Positions 26,740 to 41,477 of a DNA stretch of 64,000 nucleotides are shown in pieces (position 1 is the first letter of the stretch; every line of letters starts with the position of its first letter). Location: the NCBI RefSeq assembly GCF_036321535.1, contig NC_087437.1, positions 3,224,001 through 3,288,000 on the forward strand, read 5' to 3'. The notes under the pieces were generated by a model. The model worked only from the letters and a program-made list of their open reading frames with translations, searched no databases and had not been told where the DNA came from. A program made the translations under genes and the position numbers. The DNA comes from Camelus dromedarius. Its lineage: Eukaryota.

Positions 26740-28061
26740 AAAAAATAATCTCTACATTGTTCTAGGAAGTGGTAGCTTTTCTAGAACAAGTGACAGTGTG
26801 GGAATGGGGAGGGGAAGGAATGATGATTTTGCCTAAGGACTGAAAGCATTGGAACGTTCTTAATGAGTAGGGTGGAGAACAGGTAAGGAGTTTGGATTCA
26901 GAATGAACTATGGGAAGGAATGCTAATTCCTTTATCATCTGAAGTTTTTCATGTCATTTTTTTGATAGTCAACTATAAATTTAAAAAAGAAAAAGCCCTG
27001 CATTCTCAATTGTTATGCTCCCCTGCCCTTAACCAAAGCCAGTGTCTTCAGATTACTTCATCCTTAAGGTCTTACTTTCTTCTTAACTTGATGACTTCTA
27101 TATCATTTTCTCCGCATTTACATGTTGCAGGTTGAGCACACTAACATGAGATGGAGGGCTTAAAAGCAAACACATATGGTGAACATCCAGCTGTGAACAT
27201 TTTCTAAATCTATTTTATGAGTTTGCTTACCAGTCATAGTGTAACTGGTTTCTGGAGTCAGACCTGTGTTCAAATCCCTGACACATTCCTTCTTAGCTCT
27301 GTGGTCTTGGGAAAGTTACTGAAACCCTCCATGTCCGGTTTTCCTCATCTACAAAAGGAAATTAATCAGACCAAACTTGTGGGCTGTAAAATTAGCAACA
27401 AAGAGACCGCTAAAACCAAAACCATACTGAATTTCCCCTTCCCTTCAGAGTCTGTTCTCTCTTCCCCACTTCAGAGCCAAACTTGTTGAAAGAACTGTGT
27501 CTTCACATGCTTCTAACATTTCCTTCCCTTTTCCTCTCCCCTTCAACCTACTCTGGTCTGCTTTCTGCCCTGTACTTTGTTCTTTGCCCTCCAATATCAC
27601 GTCCTCTTCCTGTGACTCAGCTTACTGCATGGTGGGACTGTCCGATCCAGTGATGCGTTTATGATGCCTCTGGCTCTCACCATGGTTAGTCCATGTCCAA
27701 GTGCTGACTGTCTTGTACCTGAGCATCTCAGAATCCGGTCACTTGTCTCCATCTCCACGGCCACTATCCCCTCCCACCTGGACTACAGTCTGCTCATCAC
27801 CTGCCATCTGTCCATTCACCATCCCCACCATGGCCAGTGTGTCTCTCCTTTGTGATGAGTTACATTCGTTTATTTGACTGTTTGGTGAATTCCTGTCTCC
27901 TCCACTAAAATGTCAGCTCCAGGGGTCAGATGTTGCATCTGACTCTGCTTAGTGCCTGGTGCCTGGTGCCAGGTTTGTCATACAGTGGAGCTAAATAATT
28001 ATTTGTAGAGTGAATAAGGCATCTGCCACATAGTACCTGTACTTCCATGAGTGCTTCCATT

Positions 28062-28290
28062 GCTGTCATTAATGTTGTCACCATCACTGTCATCATCATC
28101 ACCATCATTGTCATCATTATCACCACTGTCATCATCATCATTATCTCCGTCATCATTATCACCATCATCACCATCACTACCACCACCATCTTCTCCATCA
28201 TTGGCATTGTCAGCAGCATCACCACCGCCACCATCATCTCCATCATATTCGTCGTCATCATCATCATAATCATTATCATCATCATCATCG
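28062..28290. repeat. Degenerate (CAT/CAC)n trinucleotide repeat
   Basis: About 230 bp of atc/acc/gtc triplets. Confidence 0.95.
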
Positions 28291-28513
28291 CCTGGTGATT
28301 TTCACAGAAATGCTCCTTCCTCTTCAGAATATAGCAGACTGAACATCATGATCTTTAAATCTGGTTGGTCTAGCGAAGTTCCCTGAACTTTTTGTGTTTG
28401 ATATCAGCACGCTTCTAATATTTTTATTGCTCTAATACAGAGAAAAGGCTAGAAGGATTTCAGAGAATGGGTTCACATCCTGACTTTTTGCAGAGATTGC
28501 CTTCCCTATCTTA

Positions 28514-29052
28514 TGTGCATTTTTACCTATTGCTGCATTAAAAAATTACCCCAAAACTTGAAATCTTAAAAAAGCCCACATTGATTATATCATGGTTTCT
28601 GTGTGTCAGGGATCAGGCAGAGTGGCCAGGTCCTCTGGGTTGGGGTCTCTTACGGGCCTGCAGTCGAGGTGCCGTTCTCTCAAGACTCAACCTGGAGGAG
28701 CACCTGCTTCCAGGCTCACGCGTGTGGCTGTGGGCAGGCCTCTGGTTCTCCCCTCCGTGGACTGGAGACCTCACTTCCGTGCCATGTGGGGTGTTCTCCA
28801 TGGCTGTTCACAGCCTGCTTCTCCAGTGCAGAGACTCTGGGAAGGAGACAGTGAGATACAGTGAACAAGAGGGAAGTCACAGAGATGTCGTGACCTAATC
28901 TCAGAAGTGACATCCCATCGCTTGTGTGGTATCCTGTTCACTAGACGCCAGTCACTGGATCCATCCCACACTCAAGAGGAGGGAATTACCAATGGTGTGA
29001 ATGTCAAGAAGCAAGGATCCCTGGGGCCATTTTAGGCAGAAGCCACTGATCG
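28514..29052 (-). mobile_element. MaLR MLT1 (F/G/H-like) LTR
   Basis: ctattgctgcattaaaaaattaccccaaaact...catggtttctgtgtgtcaggga...tctcagaagtgacatcccatc...cccacactcaagaggaggg is the reverse MLT1 pattern. Confidence 0.75.
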
Positions 29053-29743
29053 CAACAGGGGACTTTGTCCTCAGTCAGAGCACAGCTTTCACTTGGTTCT
29101 TTCAAGCCCTGTCTGCTTTGGGAATTGTGGGTGCTCGTCCGTCAGGGCCTCGGTACCTTGCCACTCTTCTCTTTCAGGAAAGAAAACAAGGTGGGTGGGC
29201 AGATTCTGCTCAGAATAGCTCCCAGTGTAATGATGATTTTAGTATCAGTGCTCGTTGCGCATTGACCCTGAATCATGGAGAGGACCCCAATTACTCCTGT
29301 CAGCTTGTCTCAGCATCCGTTTCCTGATCACTGACTTTACAGCTTCCTAATGAATATATTTAAAATAGGAATCTGGAGAGTATGGATACAGAAGCTGTCT
29401 ATTTGGACCTTGAGTTTCTTTCCCTCCATGCCCCCCACCCCTACACTATACAGAACTTTTAGTGCTAATTTGGGGTCATTTTGAAACTTCATCTACTTTA
29501 TGTCCATATCCAATATGTTCCAGCTCATTTTAATGTTAAGTGTTTTAGCAGCAATTAAGCCACCTCCTCATCGACTGAGTTATCTGTAATGGCCCCCACA
29601 CTCTTACACGTCACATGCGATAGAGGAGGGAAGGGGTACCTGCGTTTAGAGGCAGTGTGTGGAAGAACCTCGGGAAATAAACAGACATAGATGTCTTAAT
29701 TTCCAGCAGAGCTGTCAGTGCCGGGGTTTGTAGGGGATGTTAG

Positions 29744-29998
<255 letters not shown>

Positions 29999-30305
29999 TG
30001 ACCTTCCATCCCAGGAGAAGGATTGGAAAGTGAGGCTACTCACTTCAACTAAGCACTTCTGCAATGAAATATCATTTTTAGCAGGGGACAGAGATGGAGT
30101 TACTGAGCACAATAAGAATATGGAATTGTCTGGAATTTTCAAATAATTAAAGCTACATATCCCCGCTTCTTCTTCTTCTTTTTTTTTTTTTTTTTTTTTT
30201 TTGAGAAAAAAAAAATGTGCTCTAATAGCATTTAGTCTGAGGTTTGGTCTGTTGCCTCAGGATCAGAGAGCCCAGCATTTAACTCCTCTTTAATATGATA
30301 GTTTG

Positions 30306-30507
30306 GAGCTGTGCTGTTCTTTTTAGTAGCCATGTGATTATTTAAACTTACATAAAATTATTTAAATTAAATAAAAGCAACTAGCCATTTCTTACTCTTA
30401 ACCAGTATCAAGTGCTCGGTAGTTCCTCGTGGCTAGCAGCTACTTTATTGGGAGTGCAGATTACAGAATAGCTCTGTCATTGCAGACTGTTCTATTGAGC
30501 AATACTG
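30306..30507. mobile_element. MER3-like hAT-Charlie element
   Basis: tagccatgtgattatttaaa...gtggctagcagctactttattgg...tcattgcagactgttctattg. Confidence 0.65.
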
Positions 30508-32507
30508 GAAGTGTTTCTAAATAAAATATTAAATTTTCAAGTAGAGCTCCAGTATTTGAAACTTTGGCATCTTGTATTAGAGCCCTTGAGAAAGATAAAG
30601 TAGTCTAATCGTTTAGCTGTGTGGACAAAAATGATAATAATAGTAGCAGTGGGTAGAAAAAAGTACCAGGAGCATCTGAATTGCTTGCGAGGCAAACCTT
30701 CTGAGTTCTTTGAACATTCCTTTTTAACTTGAAAGTGACTGATTCATTAAAAAAAAAAAAAATTAAGCCATTTTTAAAGGAAAAATTCAGGAGTCTTTCA
30801 TTTCCACTGCTGAAAGCTGTGACCATTCTTACAAGAACTTCCCTGGGTTTGTTGGCTTGAATGTTTTAAATGACACATCATGTCCAAGCTTCTCTTTGCC
30901 TACCGTGTTCAGTCATGAGCAGATGGTTCAAATGGTCTGTGGAGACCCCACTGCTGCTCTAAAAGTCATGAACCCACGGGCTTGCTCCCAGAGCCTACAA
31001 TCCCAGATGAGCCTTGGGACAGTGAACCAGGTCTGCGATTTTCCTTGGTTCTTCCCCAGGAGGACAGAAGCTCATCTTGCCACCTTTTCTCTAAGATGTC
31101 TTGGAGATTTTCTTCCTCCACGCAGCCCAGAAAAATTTGATCTCCTTCTTAATTTTAAATATTTAAATCCTTCTTTTACTCCTGGGTCCTTGGATCAGAA
31201 AAATGGCTTCAATAATTTCTGGAAAACACTTCAAAACAGGTGCAAAGTTTTGAGACTTTGCAGATGGAGACTAAAACTTTCATCTTTCCAAAGGTGTCTT
31301 TGACCCCAAAACAAAGATCATGGCTCAAGAGGCATGTAAGAGGCATTGCAGGTGATCAGGAACAAATGAGAAAGGAATGAAAACTCTGAATGGGAGGATT
31401 CCTGGCTTATCAAGTAGTTCTTGAGTTTTCACTGTGTGTCTGGACCCATGCCTCCTACCCGCCACACTTATGGAGGGGTCTTTCCCTTTTTAGACAACCT
31501 TTAAGACAGCTTTAAGATCACACATGAAATAAAAATCTCCCGAGGCCACCAGTGTGTACTCAGAACAGATGAACTCAACTCATAATGGGAATGTTGAGCC
31601 CAGAGTGGATATGAGATTGAATTAGAGCCCAGTGTCTCTACATAACAGCTTTGATAAGAGTGTGCACGTGCTGCGGCCTCTGAGTCCATGGTGAAGGTGT
31701 GACGTTATTTAGAAGTGGCTTAACCTGTATGCAACGAGACTGGTGTCAGGATTTTTGTTGTTGTTACTGTTTGCCTCCTAATTTCTTTCTCCACCAATTT
31801 TTGCTCCAAGGCTTTGAGGGTCACTATTAAATATGGGGATGTGATTGTTTATGAAAGAGGCTCCTAGCTACTCACTAATCTCTTCACTAATACCGAAACC
31901 CTTGTCAGGAGTTCTCTGTTCTTGGGAGTTATGGGTTTAGATTTTTATTCTCTCTCGAGACCAGTCTCTGTCTCTCTCTCTCCCCTCCATCTCGGAAAGC
32001 ACAGGGACAGACTTTTTTGAAACAGGAATTAGAGCATTTCTTTGCTGACCCTTGTAAACATCGGTCTGGAAACGACATAGCAGTTTGGTTCCCATCCCTT
32101 GTTGGTTCTTGATTCTCAAGAATGGAGAAAGGTTGCTGCCTGCTCCTTCTTTGTAACTTCCCAAAGGAAAAAATGTATGTAATTTTGTATGGATGTGCTG
32201 TTCACGCTGTGTGACCTTTAAAGGAAGAAGCTCTTCCTAACCGCTGCTCCAGGGCCCTTCCTCCATCCTACACCCCTCCCCTCATGTTCTCACGCACAGC
32301 ATAAATGAAATCCAGTCCCGTCTGTTGTGTGTTGCAGGGAGTTCCCTGTACACCCGGAAACACTGCCGTGTCACTGGGGTTGAGGGGATTCCGTGCCAGG
32401 TGTTAGTCTCTGATGATTTGGGAGTCAGACAGCAGCTGAGTTCGTTCATGAACCCCTGGGCCGCGGGGTCCAGCCGCTCCTGCCCTGATGTGTGCGCTCT
32501 CCTTTAG

Positions 32508-32606
<99 letters not shown>

Positions 32607-33073
32607 TGAAGGAGGAATAACGTTCAAACATGAAGTGGAACAAGGTTTCTCCTTGCAGGTGTTTTTCCCCTTTCAACTCACATTATTAAACAGATCAAAG
32701 ATTTCAGAAAGGTCTGCGAAGTGAGACATCCCCCAAATTGAGAAGCAGTTCATGAGAAGGGGGAGGGTCTGTAATTAAAACGGGACAATTTTATTATGCT
32801 AAGTGTCCATTTGTTCCCAAATGCCCCAGGTCACAGGTGCACGGGTAAATATGACTATCCCCACTGCTAGGAACATTTCAAAGGAAAAGAGAAGACTTGA
32901 GAGGGAAGAAACGAAACATTTCTTAAGCACCTATATTTATGGGGACAGGGTTGAGAGCTTCGCATGCATGATCACAGTCATTCTTACAACACCCGTGGGA
33001 AAGGTGTTATTAACCCTGTTTTACAGGTAAGGAAACAGATTAAAAGGTGAAGTAACTTGTCTGAGGTCACTCT

Positions 33074-33430
33074 GTGTGTTAGTCCAAATAATCTAGGAAT
33101 CGGACGGCACACCAGGATTAAGTGTGCGAGGGTTTTATTAGGAGAAATGCCTGTATTGGAGCATGGGGAGGAAGTCGGGGAGAGCTGACAGACCACAGTG
33201 CAAGTCCGACCATAAGTAAAGAGGGAGGGAGAGAGGTAGTGGGTCCTGGAATGGCAGGCCATCCAAAGAAGGTTCCACAAAGCCATCAGGTGCTGCTCTG
33301 AAATCCACCTCTGCCCTCATTCCGAGGCCAGGCCGCCTGGGAGCTGCTCCCAGCCAGTGATGGCATCTGTAGCGGGCGTCAGGGCGCCCATGGGAGACAG
33401 GACTCTTGTGCTAGTCCATTACCCTCCCTG
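33074..33430 (-). mobile_element. Old ERVL LTR (LTR16-like) inside a MIR
   Basis: aggattaagtgtgcgagggttttattaggagaaatgcctgt...gagctgacagaccacagtgcaagtccgac resembles the reverse of LTR16-type elements. Confidence 0.5.
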
Positions 33431-34646
33431 CAGAGGGAGGCCTGAAAAGCAGGCTGTTGCGCCGCCTGGTGAGTCTTGTACGTACAGGAACATTTGTGCA
33501 GTCTCCACCCCTTTCCTCACCGACCTCCTGTTTATTTCTGATGTCCCTCCAACTGTGTCCTTGAGTCCCAAAGCACATCACATCAGTAAATGCATTTGCA
33601 GAGGACTCTGTTTTCCTGGAGCCTAGCTAGGGAGGGGCGATCTGGGGATGCGGCAGAGCTTTTTCGGAGAGTCACTCACGGGCACCAGGCTGAGAAAGGT
33701 AAGGCGGCATCTCAAGGGGTTCCTCATCGTCTTAAAGCACTAGCTGACCTCCTGGGCTGCGTGGTTCGCTTTCACCTACAGGAAGTTCTCTGCCGTTTAT
33801 ACACCCATCAGTTCACTCTTGTGTGTTTGCTTCTTTACTCATTCATCATTCATTTACAAACCTTTGCTGTGTGTTTGTCGTGAATCAGTCGGTGGGAAGA
33901 GGGCCTCCTCTGAACCTCTCTCACCCACCCCCTGGGTTCACCGTCTGAGTGAAACAAATGTGGGCAACAAACGATATGACAGTACACGAGCCGTGAGCAG
34001 ATATGAGAAGTGGTCTATAGTCGCAGCATCCTGGAAGGGCAGTGCGTTCTGCCTCGGGACAGTAGGAAAGACTTTATTCCCAAGAAGGAATTATATTGGG
34101 GGTTTCTAGTGTCCTGTGGAGATTGTGTGACACTTTCATGAACCGCTGCCTTTTGACATTAGCACGAGCTGAGAGCTGTAGTGTGCCTTGATGTCACGGC
34201 CTTGTGATTATTACATTCTTTCTCCCCCATTATCCCCCCTGGTTTCAGAAAGACTCACCAAACTGCTTTGTGGTATCTCCCTGGTGCTGTTACAGACCCT
34301 CGGGTCCGTGGTAGCAGTGTTAAGCGTCTCACTTAAAGGCTTATGACGGCTTCTTCCCACTTAGTCATCTCTTAAGTATCTCTAACTTGTCCTCTAACTG
34401 ACTTCTGTCACGTGCAGTGGGGCTGGGGCCTTATTGGTGGCCCAGGGCTCTCAGGTGTTTGAGCAGTTTCCCTCCATTCAGATGAGCACTTGCTCACATG
34501 GCTGAGGGGCCCCAGGCACCTCTGACCCTGGGTCTTAATGGCCGTTCCTGCCCTTGGCTGTGCTGATTGTCCGGGGCCCTCAGTCATTCACTGCTGAGCC
34601 TCGGGCCCGGAGCTGTAGACCCCAGGACCTCCATCCCGTGGTAGTA

Positions 34647-35280
34647 TCTCACCCAGACCCAGTAACCTGGAGTTGAGCAGGCCCTGTTCGGAACAAAGCA
34701 GAGGCTCTTTCTTCAGTTTGGACTGGGAGGTGAATGGTTTTGACAGAAGAAAAAATGGGGCGAGAGGATGGCTGTGCGTGTCCTAGGTCTCCGTCCAGTC
34801 CCTGGGACGCACCCCACCAAGGGAGGGCCCTTGGCTTCGCACAGGAAAGAATGCAAGAGCGAGCCATAGGTGAGTAAAAGTAGATTTATTTATTCAGAGA
34901 GACACACACTCCGTAGCAGAGTGCAGGCCGTCTCAGGCAGAAGGGAGCGCGGCCATGAGGTGCGGGGTTGTTAGTTTTCATGGGCTCGGTAACAAGTGGG
35001 GGGATTATTCCAGCTTCTTTGGGAAAGGGGCGGGGATTCCCAGGAATTGGGCCACTGCCCCCTTTTTGACCTTTTATGGTCAGCCTGGGAACTGCCGTGG
35101 TGCCTGTGGGTGTGTCATTCACCATGTCAGTATATCACAGTGAGTGTATAATGAAGCTCAAGGTCTACTAGAAGTCGAATCTCCCGCCATCTTGGGCCTT
35201 AAGGTCTGTTGGGAATTGAATTTTCCACCACCTTGGTGTTAATTGCTGTGTTACTTCTTGAATGGCTCTGCCCTGTCTCA
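34647..35280 (-). mobile_element. MER41-like ERV1 solo LTR (artiodactyl type)
   Basis: ttggcttcgcacaggaaagaatgcaagagcgagccatag...tttatt...aaggggcggggattcccaggaattgggccactgccc...ccgccatcttg, ending cctgtctca. Left boundary approximate; no clean TSD. Confidence 0.75.
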
Positions 35281-36289
35281 CCGTCTCCGTTTATGGAGGA
35301 AACTGAGACTCAGAAAAATTAAATATCTTGTCCCAGATCATCCAGATTGTATATGGTGGAGTCAGGATTTGAAAGCAGTCCTAAAAGCCAGTGTGCTACA
35401 TGTTAGGTTTTTAGTTACTTGAGGACAAAGATCATATCTGATCGTTGATTCCCTGACTTATAGTACGTCCTCCTGACAACTCCATGCTTATCCTAAACAG
35501 AGTCTTAAAAGAATGTGAAATAAGTAGAAAAAGCATTTCAATATACTGCCAACAGAAAAAAAAAGTAGGGTACTTAAGTGTATATAGAGTATGATTACAA
35601 ATATATTTTTAAAGAAAGAAAAGAAAATTATGTCTAGATTCTAGAAAAAAAAATGTTTATCTAAATGTTATTGATAGCTGTAGACTTATGGGTGAGATTA
35701 TGGGCAATTTTTTCCTCATTTCTATTTTTGTCATCTTTTTATTTTTTCTAAATTTTTGACTTTTAAATAGAAAATGATAACGGAGTTTAAAATTATCAAT
35801 AAAAGGAAAAAGGAAAGTAACTGAGATAGAATTCCTCCAGTGTACCGAGCAATTCTTAAGTGCAATTCACACACCCAGTCCCCCGAGGGACCGACAGTCT
35901 ATTTCCAGAGTCAAAGCCTGACAGGGACCCCAGGGGCATGTAGAACCAGCTAACAACGTGCCCACACTAGGGGAGGGAGGGAGCAGAGGGCTTGGGTTCT
36001 TTAAGATGAGCATTGGAACAGAAAAAGTCTCGAGGAGGGATGTCTTGAGTGAATGCCTGGCGTGATGGTGATGAATGGCTAGGAGTGTGTCTGGGGGAAA
36101 AGCCAGGCCATTTTGATGGAGAAACAAGGTTTGCAAGTGGACTTGCTGATCCAAGCAGCCACCGTGGGTTCTTGGCAGGATGACGTGTGTGGCCATCAGG
36201 CACCTCAGAAGTAGAGCAGAAGGGTGTTCTCCAGGCTCTGTGGGGTTGGTTCTGGCTGGGAGGGAGGTCAGCCAAGTGGAAGACGGACA

Positions 36290-36830
36290 CCCCACCCCCA
36301 TCTCTTATCTTCCTGAAGCATCCGACACAGTCTTTCGGGCTGATCTTTTTCACTCCAGAGCCAAACATATTACTTTCCTGCTCAGAATCCTTCAGTGGCT
36401 CCCCACTGCCTTAGGAGGTGAGAGCAGACACTTCGGATACACACTTAGGTCCCTTCACATCATGGACCTGGCTTTACCAGTGTTCCCTCAAACTCCCCTA
36501 TAGACCCTTGGGCTCCAGGGTCATTAAGCTACATGCTGTGCCCTTTCTGTTTCCTCTTTCACACCTTCACTCAGGCTGTTGTCTCCCTAGAAATGCCCTC
36601 CTCACAACTATATTTTCTAGTCTTAAATCCATCGCTGCCCCGCTTCTCTGTATCATTCATTCATTCATTCATTGATTCTAGCCCTAGGTTATGTTTATCT
36701 GTGTACCTAGCCCCAAAGGGGATGGCACTTTGGAGGGCTGGGACAAGGTTTTATCCGTCCTTGTACCTTATAGCATCAAGCGCAGAGGCTCTGTGATCAG
36801 GGTATCCCCTGCGAATGTTTTGTTGAGTTA
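36290..36830 (+). mobile_element. L2 relic
   Basis: ttcctgctcagaatccttcagtggctccccactgccttagg...ctttggagggctgggac...gaatgttttgttgagt. Confidence 0.6.
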
Positions 36831-37962
36831 AAAGACTAGGATGGCTGTAGGCTTTATTCTACTTGGCTGCAGCCTAGATTTCTGGGGAGATCACCTGGTG
36901 AAATACACAGTGAGAGTGTGATGACTGAGGCTGTTGCTCAGAGAGCCTCCTGTTCCGCACCAGGCATTCGTGTCGTTCATTCATTTATTTGTGTATTCAC
37001 TCACACGTCCAGTAAACACTGTGTACCACTGAAAGCTGGACACCGTGCAAGATGCCGAGGGAAGCCTAATAGAAAATAGCTACTAGGAAATAGAGAAACT
37101 GAGCAGTGGTTTTGAGAGTCTCATGGAACTGGGGAAGTGAAGTTCAGGGCTACTGAGCGAGCCGGGGTCTTTGGAGATGCTCTGGAGAAGGGAAGGCGCC
37201 TCATAGCTGGCGTGGGAGTCCCACATGGCATTGGCTAATTAGCAAACAGCACAGAGAGAAACGGGACAAAAACTATAGAGCGCGGAGATCATGAAGTAAA
37301 CAGAGCCTTTCAGAGTCTGACAAACAGAAATTAGCCTTGAGGGCTGGTCCAGGGGGAAGAGCCCTCCTGAATGCTCAGCTTTTGAGTTCAAACCCTTTAG
37401 GGACTACACCCTAGGCATCAAGGACTCGAAAGTAGACTGGGCCTTGAAAGACTCCTGAAGAAACTAACCTCTAAATAACTCAGCCCTGCTTAGATTCAGG
37501 TGGCTGCCCCCTGCCTTCTGGAACTCACTGCCTTCTGGAAGCTGGAGACTCACCTCGAGCCTGTGTAATTTTTTTCACACAGCATCTAGCATTCAATCAA
37601 AAATTAACAAGCAGAACAAGAGTCAGAACCAGAAACAGATGATAAGAACAGACCCGCAGTGATCCAGGTATTGCCGTCAGCAGACGCAGGCTTCACAGTG
37701 ACTGTAGATAATGTTTCCAAGATGGCGGACACAGTGCTCCTCAGGGAAATGGCACTTGAACTGACCTTCGAAGACTACTTTCAGCCCACCGAGTACTTTC
37801 CTCTGACGGGCCCAGGGCTCCGATGCGGCTCGCTCTCCCGAGGCTGGGTCCCTGGGGTGAGGAATAAAGTGGGGGCGGGGGGCAGATTCTGGGGCTCTTC
37901 TCTAGTCACATGTGTTTGCATGGAGGGGAAGGAAACTGCTCATTTCTGCTTCTCTGTTTTAG

Positions 37963-38225
<263 letters not shown>

Positions 38226-40862
38226 CCCCTTACGTGTGTTAATGTCTGGAACTATCCCCCCAGACCGGTGTCTTCACGCTCCTCAGGAGGACCCTTTATT
38301 CTCAGTGTAGGTGGCACACGAGAAGACCCTCTCTTGCCCACCTTTTCCATTATTGACCTTTAATACAGAAAACCAGCAATTAATTGATAATAAAAACATG
38401 AATGCTAGCCAACGTCTAATGTGCAGGTAGTAAGCATTGTGCTGAGTGATTTTAAAGCCATTATTTTATTTCCTTCTCACAACAATCCCTGGACATGCCT
38501 ATCATTACCCCATTTTACAGTTGAAGAAACTGCACTTTGGGAAGGTCAGGTCACTTTACCAATTCTCCCAGTAAGCCAGGGATCGAATTGAGTTTGACCC
38601 TGAACTTCACTGTGATTCAGGCAGCTAGCCTGCCTTCCCAGGGAATCCACGCTCTGGATTGATGTCAGGTCCACCAGCTGGACAGCTGCCCTGAATCGTC
38701 AGCCACTTGTTCTGGCTGCATCTCCCTCTCACCCTCCCTCCTTTCCTCCACGTGGCTCTGAACCCCACCCTCCACTGCCCACTGCCACACACCCACTTAA
38801 CAACCAACCCCCATCTCTAGTTTCGCTTTTATTTTCTTTACAAGGCAGTTCAAGAGAGATTGTGTGGGGGTGAGAAGTGCATTGATAAAGAGAAGTAGGG
38901 TAATTTTGATGAGTGGCTTGGAGCTGAGAGAAGATTGTTGTGTTTACCAGTGGTGGGTAAGGGAAGAAGGAACTCCCATCGTGACCTTCCCAGGGTAAGA
39001 GTTGGGTACCAGAGTCCCAAGCCCTGTGCTGGAAATCCAGTTCCGTTTTCTGGAAGTAACAGGGTTGCAGGTAGTATTTGGGAACTTTTTAGATCATACT
39101 TAAGGGAGATGAGAATCGAACAGTCTTAGATGGGCTAGTCTGTGGATGTCATCTGGTACATAGTTAGCATTTTTAAAGTGTGTTTAGTAAAAGAGTGAAC
39201 CCATGAATGGAGCTGAGTGTAGCTCGTGTGTCTACTCCCTGTAATAGTACCAGGTGATGCTCTGGACCATGATCCCTGGGGAACAGTTTCAGGTGCAACC
39301 GGGACGGTTTCCCCAAGTGGCTCCCATCACCACCACCAAGTAGAACTTGTTCCCACACAAAGATGCCTTTGGTGGAGTGATCTTCCTCCCGAAGAAGTAA
39401 ATAGTGGTGCTCATTCCTGCTTCTGCTCCATTCGGTGACTGGGGCCTGGAGTGTGCAGGGGGACCGGAGACGGCTGACGTCTCTCACAGAATGCTCCTCG
39501 CCTCTGCTCCCAACACCATCCCTCTTCTCCTTATCGACACTGGTACACTCTCCTTTTCCCGAGAATCTCCAGAACGTACCCCTACCCCTTTGCCGAGGGG
39601 CTGCCAGAGTCTCACAAGACATGTGACTGTAAAATTTTCCGATGACTCCAACAACATAACACTGATTTTTCCCCCCTTTCTTACTCAGCAGATACAAAAT
39701 AAATACTAGACAATACTGTTCTCACTGGGGAAGAATGCGTGTACATACACACACACATAGACACACTCATACACACATGCACATTCATACGCACACATAT
39801 TTTAATTTCCAAGGAAATTTCTAGTTGAAATTTTTATTTGCTGTTGAGTTTTTACAAAACTGTTGCAGTGAGGCAGGATTTTTATCTAAAGGTGAGAAAT
39901 TTAAATTAACCAAAACAATTTAATCTCACTTGTTTCTCACTATCACTTTGATCATTCAGGGACTCAGAGCAGAAGATAAAGTCACCCGGGAACAGTATTT
40001 TCTACTTTATTGCATCAAAGGAAATTTAATAATGAGCCTACAGTCTAATCAGTAATTCATAGTTATATCAAGGAATCCAGGAGAAGAGGGAGTTACTTAT
40101 AAAGTAATGTTATTAGGATAGAGAATTAATTTCTTTTTACAATGCTAAGACTTCTGCTAACTGAAAACTTCCTAAGAAGAAAAATCAATATGACAGAATT
40201 CCACTCAACTTCATTTGTACGTTCCCCAGAGCACTGGTGCTCAAATTTCCTGCCTCAGAATCACCTAGAGGCCCACCTAGAGAGTTTCTGTCCGTATGTC
40301 TGGATGGAACCTAGAAATTTGCATTTTTAACGAGTTCCGGATGTTGCAGCCCCTGCTGGTCTGGGAACCCGCCTTCGGAAACCCCTGCCCTAGAGGACAC
40401 GGTACAGTCCTCGGCCCAGAGCAGATACTCAGTCTTTCTAAACAAATCGAATTATTTCCGTCATAGCAATGGAGGCATAGGATTGACTCGTGTGGACTCA
40501 GGGGCAGGATTTAGCCAAGTTCATGACTGGTAAACCGCTTTTAAAAGGGCTTCACTATATCCCAGTCTTTGTTTGTGGCGCTGAAGGTCTGGAGACCTGC
40601 CCTGCGTGCCTTCCCAGCGTAGCACGTGTGAGTGTGCTCCTGGGGTTTTTCTTCTAGAAACTTTCCCTCTGACTTGCAGTCTGATCTAGCCAAGGTCACA
40701 GGTTACCAAGGACCACTCAGTGCTTTAGCAGTAGAATTGTCCTGCCTCTGCCCCCACCTCCCACGCCCACCGTGCTGACCTCAACAGGAGGGAATTTGTG
40801 CCGCAGGGACCTTTCATCAGAGCCCAGAGGCGGCCCATCTCCTGAATCCCAACCCCTTTTGA

Positions 40863-41288
<426 letters not shown>

Positions 41289-41477
41289 TGAAGGTTGGCA
41301 AACCGAACATTTCCTGCAGCAGGGGCTGTCCCTTCTTCCAGGGACATTGATGCTCCTGAGGTCACACCAGGTAAATCCTCCTTGCTCTCCATTCAGAGGA
41401 GAATCCCATGGCTTCTCAAGGAGGAACTGTAGCAGGAAGTTCAGGGTAAAATTGGGAATTATTAAAAACACAAATAT

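Noticed and set aside
27926..28298. Met-rich, Ile-rich and Ser-rich ORFs
   Set aside because: Translations of a (CAT)n repeat; no splice or homology support.
39173..39709. Overlapping ORFs (174 aa minus strand, 101 aa plus strand) suggesting a retrogene
   Set aside because: No recognisable protein similarity, poly-A tail or TSD; left unassigned.
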